A DNA stretch of 62,994 nucleotides, filler included, from Atractiella rhizophila (taxonomy: Eukaryota): assembly GCA_021432655.1 (NCBI GenBank). It is 3 parts of 2 records of this genome, joined end to end, with 100 filler letters (N's around TTAATTAATTAA, not from the genome) between each part and the next. Parts side by side here need not be neighbours in the genome. Positions count along the whole stretch, not along the records: positions 1 to 11,982 come from MU271602.1; 2 more parts are not named here. One strand, 5' to 3'. Shown in pieces: positions 1 to 11,599 of the stretch (its first letter is position 1; the number at the start of each line of letters is the position of its first letter). The notes under the pieces are model-generated. The model was not told the DNA's origin, did not search any database, and saw only the letters and a list, made by a program, of their open reading frames with translations. The translations under genes were made by a program, and so were the position numbers.

Positions 1-3000
1 ACCCACAGGGGTTAAATGCATCAGGTGTTGACAAAATCCACGACCATCGCCTCAAAGTCTAGTCTTCTCAACCAGACACCACCAACCATGGAGAGACTCA
101 GAGCGCTCTGCTGCCCCTGCCTTCCCTCGAGCAACGCCTACGAGCCACTCTTACTCGACAACGAACGCTCAGCAGTCGCCGACCTCCTCTCCTACCTCGA
201 GAACAGGGCTGAGACCAACTTCTTCGACGGACAGCCCCTCCATGCGCTCTCTACGCTGAGCTATAGCGATAATGTCGACCTGCAGAGGAGTGCTGCCCTC
301 GCTTGGGCTGAGATTACCGAGAAAGGTAAGTGTTTATGGCGTTGTTATTACGGCAGTGGATTCCGTGTAGGCGGACGTTAAAGCACGAGATTGTCATGAG
401 AGGAGTATTTCTTATGAGATTGGGTTGTGTGATCTTATACTCGCCAATGTTAGCGTCAGAAGTGGAGAAGTTTATCTCTTCATTTTGTATAAGAGGAGTC
501 ACAACTGCTACAAACGAGGTTCTCTGCTTTGCTGACTCAATCTGGCCCTGAGATATGCTGGCCTTTGGAGTTGCTCTGCAGTCTGCTTCGAGACGGAAGG
601 TGATTTCGTGATCCATGGATGAACCAACCTTCTTCCTGCATTTTCGATCTGTTGGCTCAGTCATGTCTTGTGTCACGAGGGGATGGCTTGCTAGTCAGAA
701 AAATGGCATCGAGACTTGTAATACAACTCTTCTTTATATTAAGCCTCCCGCATTGCATTAGAACCTTCTGCCGACGAATTGAAGAAGCCTCCTGACTCAT
801 ATTGTAGATGTCCGCCCCGTTACTCATGCGACAATCGAGCCCATCCAATTCCTCCTCCAATCTCATGACGTCGAGGTCCAGCGAGCCGCTTCCGCTGCTC
901 TCGGAAATCTGGCCGTCAATGGTAAGCCGGCCTTACGCTTCTTGCAAACGGGTTCTGACACATGTCGCGACAGCGGACAACAAGCTCTTGATCGTGCGAC
1001 TAGGCGGTCTCGAGCCCCTCATCCGTCAAATGCTCAGTCCAAATACCGAAGTCCAATGCAACGCTGTCGGCTGCATCACCAACCTTGCAACTCACGGTCA
1101 GCCACTCCAATCTGTTTCCGTCCCATACTGACGCCGTTCCAGATGAGAATAAAACCAAGATTGCAAAGTCCGGTGCTCTCGTTCCTCTTACGAGGCTGGC
1201 AAAAAGCAAAGATATGCGCGTCCAGCGGAATGCTACTGGTGCTCTCTTGAACATGACGCACAGCGGTGAGTTATCTCCTTGGCCATTCTAAAGTGATATC
1301 GCTCAAAATCGTTACAGATGAGAATCGCCAACAACTCGTCAATGCAGGAGCAATACCCGTCCTTGTAAACCTGCTCAGCTCTCCCGACACCGACGTCCAG
1401 TATTACTGTACAACGGCTCTTTCCAACATTGCTGTCGATGGTTCGTCCTTTTTGCTTGTCTGAGAACCTTACACTAATCCCTGCGCATCGCAGCCAACAA
1501 CCGAAAGAAGTTATCGAATACAGAGCCGAAGCTTGTTCAGAATCTCATCACCCTCATGGACAGCCCTTCGCTTAAGGTCCAGTGTCAAGCCGCTTTGGCA
1601 CTCCGAAACCTCGCATCTGATGGTCCGTTCCCTCTCTTCTCCGTCAAACAGAGCACACCAGTAACTCTATGATTCTACAACAGAGAAATATCAAATCGAG
1701 ATTGTCAAATCCGGAGGTCTTCCCCCGCTTCTTCGTCTCCTTCGATCATCGTTCCTACCTCTTAAACCCACAGGGGTTAAATGCATCAGGTGTTGACAAA
1801 ATCCACGACCATCGCCTCAAAGTCTAGTCTTCTCAACCAGACACCACCAACCATGGAGAGACTCAGAGCGCTCTGCTGCCCCTGCCTTCCCTCGAGCAAC
1901 GCCTACGAACCGCTCTTACTCGACAACGAACGCTCAGCAGTCGCCGACCTCCTCTCCTACCTCGAGAACAGGGCTGAGACCAACTTCTTCGACGGACAGC
2001 CCCTCCATGCGCTCTCTACGCTGAGCTATAGCGATAATGTCGACCTGCAGAGGAGCGCTGCCCTCGCTTGGGCTGAGATTACCGAGAAAGGTAAGTGTTT
2101 ATGGCGTTGTTATTACGGCAGTGGATTCCGTGTAGACGGACGTTAAAGCACGAAATTGTCATGAGAGGAGTATTTCCTATGAGATTGGGTTGTGTGATCT
2201 TATACTCGCCAATGTTAGCGTCAGAAGTGGAGAAGTTTATCTCTTCATTTTGTGTAAGAGGAGGTCACAACTGCCACAAACGAGGTTCTCTGCTTTGCTG
2301 ACTCAATCTGGCCCTGAGATATGCTGGCCTTTGGAGTTGCTCTGCAGTCTGCTTCGAGACGGAAGGTGATTTCGTGATCCATGGATGAACCAACCTTCTT
2401 CCTGCATTTTCGATCTGTTGGCTCAGTCATGTCTTGTGTCACGAGGGGATGGCTTGCTAGTCAGAAAAATGGCATCGAGACTTGTAATACAACTCTTCTT
2501 TATATTAAGCCTCCCGCATTGCATTAGAACCTTCTGCCGACGAATTGAAGAAGCCTCCTGACTCATATTGTAGATGTCCGCCCCGTTACTCATGCGACAA
2601 TCGAGCCCATCCAATTCCTCCTCCAATCTCATGACGTCGAGGTCCAGCGAGCCGCTTCCGCCGCTCTCGGAAACCTGGCTGTCAATGGTAAGCCAGCCTT
2701 ACGCTTCTTACAAACGGGTTCTGACACATGTCGCGACAGCGGACAACAAGCTCTTGATCGTGCGACTAGGCGGTCTCGAGCCCCTCATCCGTCAAATGCT
2801 CAGTCCAAATACCGAAGTCCAATGCAACGCTGTCGGCTGCATCACCAACCTTGCAACTCACGGTCAGCCACTCCAATCTGTTTCCGTCCCATACTGACGC
2901 CGTTCCAGATGAGAATAAAACCAAGATTGCAAAATCCGGTGCTCTCGTTCCTCTTACGAGGCTGGCAAAAAGCAAAGATATGCGCGTCCAGCGGAATGCT

Positions 3001-3533
3001 ACTGGTGCTCTCTTGAACATGACACACAGCGGTGAGTAACCCCCTGAGCCATTCTAAAGTGATATCGCTCAAAATCGTTACAGATGAGAATCGCCAACAA
3101 CTCGTCAATGCAGGAGCAATACCCGTCCTTGTAAACCTGCTCAGCTCTCCCGACACCGACGTCCAGTATTACTGTACAACGGCTCTTTCCAACATTGCTG
3201 TCGATGGTTCGTCCTTTTTGCTTGTCTGAGAACCTTTACTAATCCTTGTGCATCACAGCCAACAACCGAAAGAAGTTATCGAATACAGAGCCGAAGCTTG
3301 TTCAGAATCTCATCACCCTCATGGACAGCCCTTCGCTCAAGGTCCAGTGTCAAGCCGCTTTGGCGCTCCGAAACCTCGCATCTGATGGTCCGTTCATTCT
3401 CTTCTCCGTCCAACAGAGCACACCAATAACTCCTATGATTCCACAATAGAGAAGTATCAAATCGAGATTGTCAAATCTGGCGGCCTTCCTCCGCTTCTTC
3501 GTCTCCTTCGCTCATCGTTCCTACCTCTTATCC
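1..3533. repeat. Tandem direct duplication, unit ~1765 bp (1-1765 vs 1766-~3533)
   Basis: Position 1 (acccacaggggttaaatgca) recurs at 1766. The copies differ only by scattered SNPs and small indels. Confidence 0.95.
88..1763 (+). pseudogene. VAC8: Truncated 5' duplicate of VAC8 (armadillo-repeat vacuolar protein), probably an allelic/haplotype copy
   Basis: Nearly identical to 1853-3533. The spliced ARM-repeat sequence stops at ...[12 protein letters not shown], where the sequence restarts at the VAC8 upstream region. Confidence 0.75.
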
Positions 3534-4653
3534 TCTCCTCCGCCGCCTGCGTAAGGAATGTCTCCATCCATCCCGCGAACGAGTTCCCCATCATTGAATC
3601 CGGCTTCCTTCATCCCCTCATCGATCTGCTGGCATACGATGAGAACGAAGAGATTCAATGCCATGCCATCTCCACTCTCCGTAATCTCGCGGCTTCGAGT
3701 GAGAAGAACAAGACCGCTATTGTTGAAGCTGGCGCTGTGGATAAAATCAAGGAACTTGTCCTCAACGTGCCGATTAGCGTCCAGTCTGAGATGACGGCTT
3801 GTGCAGCTGTTTTGGGCTTGAGCGGTAAGCTGTGCGGTTTTCCAGTGAGAAGTGCGGCTGCTGATGCACTACACAGATGATATCAAGAGCGATCTTCTAA
3901 ACATGGGCATCCTAGAAGTCTTGATTCCTCTCACAGCAAGCAGCAGCATGGAAGTCCAAGGCAACAGTGCCGCCGCTATAGGTAACCTGTCTTCCAAAGG
4001 TGAGTGCGATTTGTGAACGAATCGGCGCCAGCTGAAGAGTTTCCGTACAGCGGAAGAATACACTGCTTTTAATGCCGTCTGGGACGACCCTGAAGGCGGT
4101 TTACACGGATACCTCACTCGCTTCTTGGAAAACAAAGACACTACCTTCCAACACATCGCCGTTTGGACCATTGTCCAGCTGCTTGAATCAGGCGGTCAGT
4201 GCTTCGTAGCCCAAAGTGCTTATCTCATCCGCTCATCGCTTTGTTATAGACCCAGCACTTGAACAGCACATCCGAAACTCCCCTACCCTCCTCCCTCAGA
4301 TTAATGCTCTTGCAATCGTCTCCGTCCCTCCGAGCGAAACGAATTCACAGAGCGGCGATGGAGAGGGAGACGATAGTACAAGCACTGCTCGTCAAGACAG
4401 TGACGATGACGAAGGTTCGTCCTTTCATTCTGAAAACTGCTCACAGCTCACATCTGTTGCAGTTGAGAGCGGTCCAGGTGAAATCTCAAATTTGGCGAAA
4501 AGGATCCTGTTCCTCCTAGACGATGGAGCGCTCATTCGAACTGCTGACGGAGAGCTCATGATTCAACCTGAAAGCGTCGGCGAATTCCCAACCCATGCTG
4601 CTGATACAAGCGCAGTTTCTAGTCCCAGAGTCGGGGAGGATAACGATCACTAA
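1853..4653 (+). CDS. VAC8: Vacuolar protein 8, armadillo-repeat protein (multi-exon)
   Basis: Motifs [92 protein letters not shown] introns join the ORF pieces; stop at 4651-4653. Confidence 0.95.
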
Positions 4654-4934
4654 TCGAGAAAGGACAGATGTGCTCTTTGTTTTGGACTGGTTCTAGAAAT
4701 ATTTTGTTTGCACTGGGTTCGTTTCTTTAAGTTTGATTTTCAGCCTTATCCATCCCATCCTCCCCAACTGGTCTGCTGTCACGAATTTGTCTCTCTATTT
4801 AACCTCACCCACAACATTGACACGTAATTTAACGAACAATTTTCAGCAATTGTAAGACGTGAAATGTGGATTACATGGGGGTTCGTTTACAGTGCTTTGA
4901 AACTGAATGTTTTGATCTCAACTTAAGACGCACT

Positions 4935-5180
4935 TACATGCCAGAACAGACAGAGTAGCAGAAGTTTTGCTGTCGGATATCGCCATGAAGCACGTCCAAT
5001 TTGTGCACTTTCGATTCCCGATCTGGCGAAGAATCTGGAACCAAGAGCGTAAGGTGATTAGGAGGACTAGATCCTCAGGCACATTCCAGGCATCGGTCTT
5101 GATGATTCGAGAGCCAAAACACTGTATTGGTCGGAATGCAACAAGTAGAATCGACCACATTATTATTACGACTCACTGGA
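4935..5180 (-). pseudogene. Possible protein-kinase-like relic
   Basis: Minus-strand KVHKLDVLHGDIRQQNFC resembles a kinase catalytic loop (HxDxxxxN). It is frameshifted relative to the upstream segment and flanked by intron-like GTGAGT/GTAAGT signals. Confidence 0.3.
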
Positions 5181-5651
5181 AAAAGGTGAACGATGGTCCG
5201 CTAAAAACTAAAAAGGAGCGACCGAGGATAATTATCCTTAGGTTACATAAGCTCAATTCACTTTCGCAAACACTCAACCTACGAAATCACGTTCTGTCAC
5301 CGAATGCTGCCAGCCCAGGCGGTCAAGCGAATAGAGATAAGGGAGGCGGTGTCGTTGACAGAGGATGGAGGTGGGTACCGGGAAGCTGTTTCTGATGCTT
5401 TCTTGTGGCTAGATCGGTATAGGTATGAACTCGAGGATCCTAGGAAGAAATGGTGAAAGAAATGAGCTGTCCTCCAGCATTCTAGCTCAATACACTCCGT
5501 TGACAGCGCCTGAAACGAATAATTTAAAGCTCACCACCGACTGACTGACATTCGGTGGGATTGCATCCTTTTCCATCTTTCCGCATCCGTATCCACATTG
5601 TCCTCTACCCCTTAATGTATCAACATGAAGAATCACACACCAGGAACATGT

Positions 5652-6031
5652 TCAATGCTGCCTCTCCCACACGCCAACTTCAGGCTCTAAAGCATGTTCT
5701 CTCACTTGGGGGTCAACATGAAACTCTGGCGTATCTCGCTTCCTCAAAGCGTCTTCATCACTACCCTCATCCAACATAATGACTGTGGCAAGATCAGGCT
5801 CATTCGTCACAGGATTGACCTTTTCTTCCACCACCGATATAAAGATACGAGTCGCGATCAATGAATTTGTTGACAGTGGTCATAATGGCCCTAAATACCG
5901 CCTGGTCATTTTCATCATCTAGCTTCAGAAGCTTCGCTAGTTTCGGATAGCTGAATTCGTAGCCTTTGATGTACCTGGTACCAACGGGAAGGGGGGCATC
6001 TCTCTAGTCCATTAAGGAGACGTACTTACAT
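5652..6031 (-). pseudogene. Small hypothetical protein (~107 aa) with one apparent frameshift
   Basis: AT(6031-6030), a 55-bp GTAAGT...CAG intron, then G(5974) gives MYIKGYEFSYPKLAKLL...YLYIGGGRK. Removing one base of the T run at 5821-5824 continues into VNPVTNEPDLATVIMLDEG...WERQH*. Confidence 0.45.
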
Positions 6032-6715
6032 GGAATTGAAAGAGCTCCAGGTCAAGTAAAGCTGGGTAAACAGTCAAGGCGACGAGCTAGGGCAGGGCAA
6101 GGTTGGTTGTTGCATTGATGTTTTAACGGTGCAATCCAAGAAAGGACGATTGTGGATCGTAACGCATTACTGTATGCCAATTGCGGCCTGAATCGAAGGC
6201 TGCAAACAGCTTCAAGGCAGTCCACCATTAGTACTTCGAGGCGCGACTGTTCCACCTCTCGCACAGGTACCGCCAAAGCTCAAATGGGCATAACGCTGAA
6301 TCAATAGTGTTGGTTGGCGATACGAGGAAGTTACAATATAAATGTATGGGAGCTGAAGCTCTGAATTTGAGGCTTGCTGAACCAAGGGAGAGCGGATGCG
6401 ACTAGAAGTTGGAATTGCAAGGGAGGGGAGAAATGGGTGGCAGGGATGAATCGATGAATGCTGACAAATAAAAATTAGGCCCAAGATCTACTTTATGCAA
6501 CTAGATACTGCACAAACTTCACAGTCTCAAGCACTCCTCAGAACCCGTTGGCCTCAATTATACAACCTGATGTGCATGGAACGGAAAACGATCGTGTTGA
6601 TGAAAGTTGAAACGGTGAAGAACGAAACTGAGCACAACTCGATCCTTGATCGAAACCAAAACCATCATCCCCTATCAGCCAACTTCTGTCCTCTGTCCCG
6701 ATTTATACCGACTCG

Positions 6716-8350
6716 TCAGGGCCGGAGGAAGCTCTTGCGCTTATCCCTCTTCCCCCCTCCGCCGACCATTAGGTGACTTTTGGGCATCGGGGCTAGATTT
6801 AGACTAGAAAAGGCCCTTTCCTCCTCCGGAGGTTCGCCTAAGCCCTGTTCCGCCCCTCCGACATCCTCCTCTACCTGTCCCTCCGCACCACTCTCAAAGC
6901 TTAAACGAACCCTCGCTTCCTCCCCCACGCCTTCATCGACCTTAATCAAGACGGGTTCTCCCCCTCCTGCTCCGATGAGCATACGCCGCGACGGTCGAAA
7001 AACAATAGGATGGGATGGCTGCCATCCCAAGGCGTACCCTGTAAGACAGTCTTCACAACATTCGAGGAGCGGGACCAGGATCTCATTCGACCGTTGTCTT
7101 CGTAGAAAGGTTGAAGAGGCTTCCTGGGCCCCGTGCCCTGCATTCGACGACGCTGCATCCGGCGTGGCCGCTCCACTCACGCTGCCACTCGAAGTTTCAG
7201 GACGAGGGACGTTCTCTTTCTCGCTCCCATCGTTCTCATCAGAGCCCGCTCCAGCCTTATCTTCACCCTGAGGTTGCGCTAAGCTCGCCTTCCCCACAAT
7301 CTCTCCCTCTATTTCCTTCAACAAAGAGGGTTGAAGGTCGGTATCGGAGGAGGAGGAAGGTAGGGGAGGTGGTGTCGCAGGTGGAGGAGTGGAGGCTGAC
7401 GATCTGGCGGTTGAAGGACGAGATGCGGGTAGGGGTGGGAGGGTGGAGTTCGAGCGCGGATGGTGGACAAGAATGCCTTTCAGCGGTCTAACAGGGAGTT
7501 TAGGATCTGTTGATGGTTTGGGAGGCGGTCGTGGGGGTGGTGGTGGTGGCGCCAATCCGAGCCATTGGACGCTGTGCAAACAGGAGGAAGAGGTTAGTTA
7601 TTGACGCAGTATTGGCCAAAGGAAAGGGCGTGGTGGTGTCTTGTCAAAGACCAACACAAGTACTGAGCGGTGCTATTCGGAAACTGAGCATGTGTGGGTG
7701 TGGATGTGCGCGAGCTGGCTGGCTTGAACTCAAATCTGCACATGGAGCCACCGAAGATCGGTGGCACAGTATTAATGACGCGCGTCCGTTCGATGTCTTT
7801 GTGGAGATGGGGCTTCAAGGAAGGTAGACAGTGAGTTAAGAAAGCAATGTGCCGTAACTGAACGACCTAATCCACCATCTGGCGGCATTTGCAATGGACC
7901 AGAAGGGACTCTTTTCATGTCCATAGACGACGGGATCACTTGAGACAGGATTCTACTCCAACCTATTGTCTATGATCGGATCCTAAACCTCTCTAAAGTC
8001 CTTGCATGCAATCTAAGTTATTCCACAATTCCAACATCCCTTTTTGAGAACTCAAGCAGCGAGTGACATTGTCAGCTCAGATACTGCTCAGCCGCATGCA
8101 GTCGAACGCAATAATGTAAGAGAGTAACAATGGAGCACCTCATGTTCCCCGTCCTCAACAATTCCAAAGAACCGACGAAGCAAAGTGGAGCGAGCCGGAA
8201 AACTCACAGACCCCGTCTCTTGCTCTTGCTATCCTTCTCTTTCTTCCTTGGTCCACCGCCAGCTCCACCTCTGCCACCTCCTGGAGCTATGAAGTCCTTC
8301 TCGTAGGGTATCAGCGTCGCATGGGACAGATAGCGCACTTGTTTCGACAT
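6716..8350 (-). CDS. Hypothetical Pro/Ser-rich protein (multi-exon, boundaries approximate)
   Basis: A 287-codon ORF at 6716-7579 plus upstream exon-like segments (MSKQVRYLSHATLIPYEKDF... ending at a GTGAGT donor; KDIERTRVINTVPPIFGGSMCRFEF). No family recognised. Confidence 0.5.
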
Positions 8351-8665
8351 GTCGGAACTACGCTGGGAGTGTCGCTTGTACACGCCAACGAAAGGTTGGT
8401 AGAAGAGGAATTAGGAGAGATGGCTGTACAATAAAAGGGAAGTATTAAGAAACAGGAAAAGTTGGAAAAAGCGGTGGAAAGGGAATGGAATACTTCGGCC
8501 TTCCAACCAACAATTCAGAAGCTGGATAGATCTTGACTGAACATCTTCTCCCGCTCTCAGGTTTTCGTCTCTGATATGGCACATATCAATATGGGGATTT
8601 GAAATAGACCTGTTTTCCATTCGAACCAGTCACAGGGGCAATACATCAGATTACATCGAGCACCC

Positions 8666-11058
8666 CTAGAGATCCTTCCTTTCTGACCAAATTTCGGTCC
8701 TTGGACTCTCTCCCTTCAACGCCGCTTTCACTTTCTCCACGCCTTCTAGGACACGTATCAAGTTGCCTAATAAGCTTGTAAGTACTCCGAAACAGGTCAA
8801 CCGGGAACGCTCACCTCTGGTAAATCCCTCTATCTCACTCTCAGTCCATCCACGCTTGACCAGTTCCTCAACTAGAGCAGGATATTTCGAGACGTCTTCA
8901 AGTCCAGTTGGTGTCCTATGTCGTTTTGTGAGCTTCGATTTCCCTGCTACTAACGAGAGAGACCAGCGCACGAGTCAATTCCATCGTAGTCACTACCCAC
9001 CCCAACGTGATCCTTGCCTGCAATCAAACCAATTCGATCGACGTGATCTAGCTCCTTCTATTAGAGGCCGAAAGGGGTACTCAGTATCAATAGCCTACCA
9101 GCAACGAGTGAGACGTCGGCATCCGGGCCAACAAAACCTGGCGCGAAGTTGACCATGACGATACCATCTTTCGCTGGAATGTCTTTGGTCTAAATTAGGA
9201 GAAATCAGTGATGCCCGAGCCGCCAAAAAGTAAATCAGACCTCCTCTTCTCCCATACCCCAAGCGTTACCGCCTTTCCTATCGTCACTCGGTTTCTCAAC
9301 TCTGTACTTAGAATATTGCCCTAATCTTGCTAGGATGGAATCGGGGACATTGCGGGGATGATCATTCACGTAGCGGCTCGAGGAGTGGGAGAAAATGGTT
9401 GGCGCTTTGCTCAGCGTTAAAGCTTGTGAAGCAGTTTCAGGAGAAGTGTGCGATCTTGACAAGCATTTTAAGCGTCGAGAAAGGGGTAGAGAAAAAGGTT
9501 CTTACATGTCTATAATCATGCCCAATCTGTTCATCTCCTCGATAAGGGTGCGACCGAACGCGGAGATGCCACCATTGAGTCCAGGGAAGGGATATGTGTA
9601 GCCGCAGGAATCAGCAAACGCGTTATGGCATCCTATTTGTTCATTCATAAGCTGAACCCACACTAAAGGGAGATGATAAAGAACCATGAGTGAGTGTAAC
9701 ATATCGCACGCCGAGGGTATAGAACGTCCGCAGTGTGGCCAAGGAGTTCCCGAGTTGATGACCGCCTTCGATTCCTAGCAGTGAAGCGATCTTTCCCTCT
9801 TTCTGTGACTTTTTAATGTCTGAAGAGGTAAGAGCGAGAGAGAAGCTGTCAGGATATTGAGCGATGAGTTGAAGGGCCACGTCAATCTGTTCCAGGGTAT
9901 CCCGCACACGATCATTCGGTAATAACAGGTCAGAGTTCGTGACTGAGGAGTTTCCAGCTTGATCGGGAGGGCAGTCGGCGTAGACGCTCCAAAAGAACCC
10001 TCCCACGCCCCCTGTGGATAATCAGATCAGCGACTGAAATCTACTCTTTCTTGTCGTGCGGATGCAATAAGGATGGGAGCTGGCGAAAACGGGCTATAAT
10101 ATTGATTCTTCGTTAACACTCCATTGATTCAAAAATAGAGCCTGAAAAAGTGCGTATTCGCATGGTAAGCTGCCCCTACATTATGATTGATACAGTTAAT
10201 AAGGTCGCAACGCACGTCCGCAACATCAACCGGGTTACTGTTGACTTGAAAAAGGATCATGTGGACCACATTGGACTGTGTGAAGCTGACATGAATAACG
10301 AGCAGAAATAAGTGCTATTCGCAACTCAGCCAACCACACAACTTGAGACGTGCCAGAACCTCTGAAAACCAGCCGGGACTCAAAATGTGTCCCATCTTCC
10401 GCCTCTAGTTCAAGTCCAAACTTTTGTACATAAATGCACAGTTCAGACCTAGGTCATACCTGTGGCTGATGGTCAAGGGCAAGTGAAGACGCTAGTTAAA
10501 CTAAACTACGCTGAAGCCTGGATACCGCTTTTCTAAAGTTTATTCACCCCTCGAACAGGACTCCAAATAGCTCAGACGGCTGACAAATGACGAAAAAGTA
10601 CGCCATTCGTGCTCTCAGCCACCGCTCGCTGTCCCTGTCCCTACAAGACAAGTACATACCTTCTCTCAACTTGGGTATATCGACATGCCCACCCACTCCC
10701 TCCTCTCCCGTCTTCCTCAGATCCATATTTCCAGTTTGCAATCCATACTTCCACCGAGCAAAAATGGGCAAGTCGATATGCCCGTCAATGAGAGGATATT
10801 TGTCTAATAATTCCTTAGCTGTTAACTGCTTTTGACTTCCGGTTAAGAGATGCGGTAGGTAGTGGGGCAGTAAGTAGACCACCACGACTAGGACGGAGAG
10901 GAGCGCGAGGAGACGCGTGCGAGATCGGCGATTCGGAGTGGCAGAAGACGTGGGGGGAGGGAGTGTTGAAGTCAAAAACGTAATAACTTCAACAATGTTG
11001 AAGTCAAAAACGTAATAACTTCAACAGGGAGGAGTGGCGCTTTCTCCTGGTTTGCCAT
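8666..11058 (-). pseudogene. Membrane dipeptidase (peptidase M19), copy frameshifted by a 68-bp insertion after codon ~11
   Basis: Motifs [85 protein letters not shown], plus an N-terminal TM anchor. With the insertion the frame from ATG 11058 reads MANQEKAPLLPVEVITFLTSTLLKLLRF*. Confidence 0.85.
10964..11026. mobile_element. 63-bp insertion: two identical 31-bp TG...CA units separated by one A, with a 5-bp TSD (GGGAG)
   Basis: Unit tgttgaagtcaaaaacgtaataacttcaaca at 10964-10994 and 10996-11026, each with 9-bp inverted ends. GGGAG at 10959-10963 and 11027-11031. The empty site is in the other copy at ~14929-14933. Confidence 0.85.
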
Positions 11059-11599
11059 CTTTGCAACGCAGCTTGAGGTGGAAAGGCAGAGTTCGTTGGA
11101 GGCGTGAAATAAATACGAAATTCAATTTGAAAATGATCGATAAGTACTCTAATCTGAGATGCCTATTCTGGAGCTGATGCAACGAGATTGGCTCCGCTCT
11201 CTGTTTCATTTCGACTGCTTGAATCCAGTCAAACCAAGAATCTAAACATTAGTGGTCAACATCGGTGACAAGGTCCTTGGTTTGTTTTGACGTTGGCTTT
11301 GAGCTATCCTTTCGCACATTCTTTCAACACACTTTGCCCAATGGCTGCTGCTGCCATGTATTTCAAGACAACAAATATGACATGTTTTATCTATCAGCAA
11401 GTAGCTGTGTTCAAGAGGATGAAAATGTGTGGCCATTCAAATGGTTTTCATCTTCTTGCTCACTGTGGCAAGATTTCGGAATCGATCGCGAGCGCCAAGA
11501 GCCACAATCTATGAGACGACTCTCTCGATCTATGATCTCAAAAATATCGTGAGTCTATTTCCCCAAAGATTCCATGATGCCCTTCTGACAAATAGTGAA

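Noticed and set aside
575..606. Possible 18-nt in-frame microexon (CAG|tctgcttcgagacggaag|GTGATT) in VAC8 intron 1
   Set aside because: The donor is weak and it would interrupt the conserved EK-DVR junction. Unsupported without RNA data.
1762..1780. TTAA-ACCC-ACA-GGGG-TTAA at the VAC8 duplication junction as a piggyBac footprint
   Set aside because: Too short and imperfect. Most of it is simply the VAC8 upstream sequence also present at position 1.
10964..11026. Two palindromic 31-bp direct repeats as a CRISPR array
   Set aside because: There are only two units with a 1-bp spacer, the context is eukaryotic, there are no cas genes, and a TSD with an empty site indicates an insertion.
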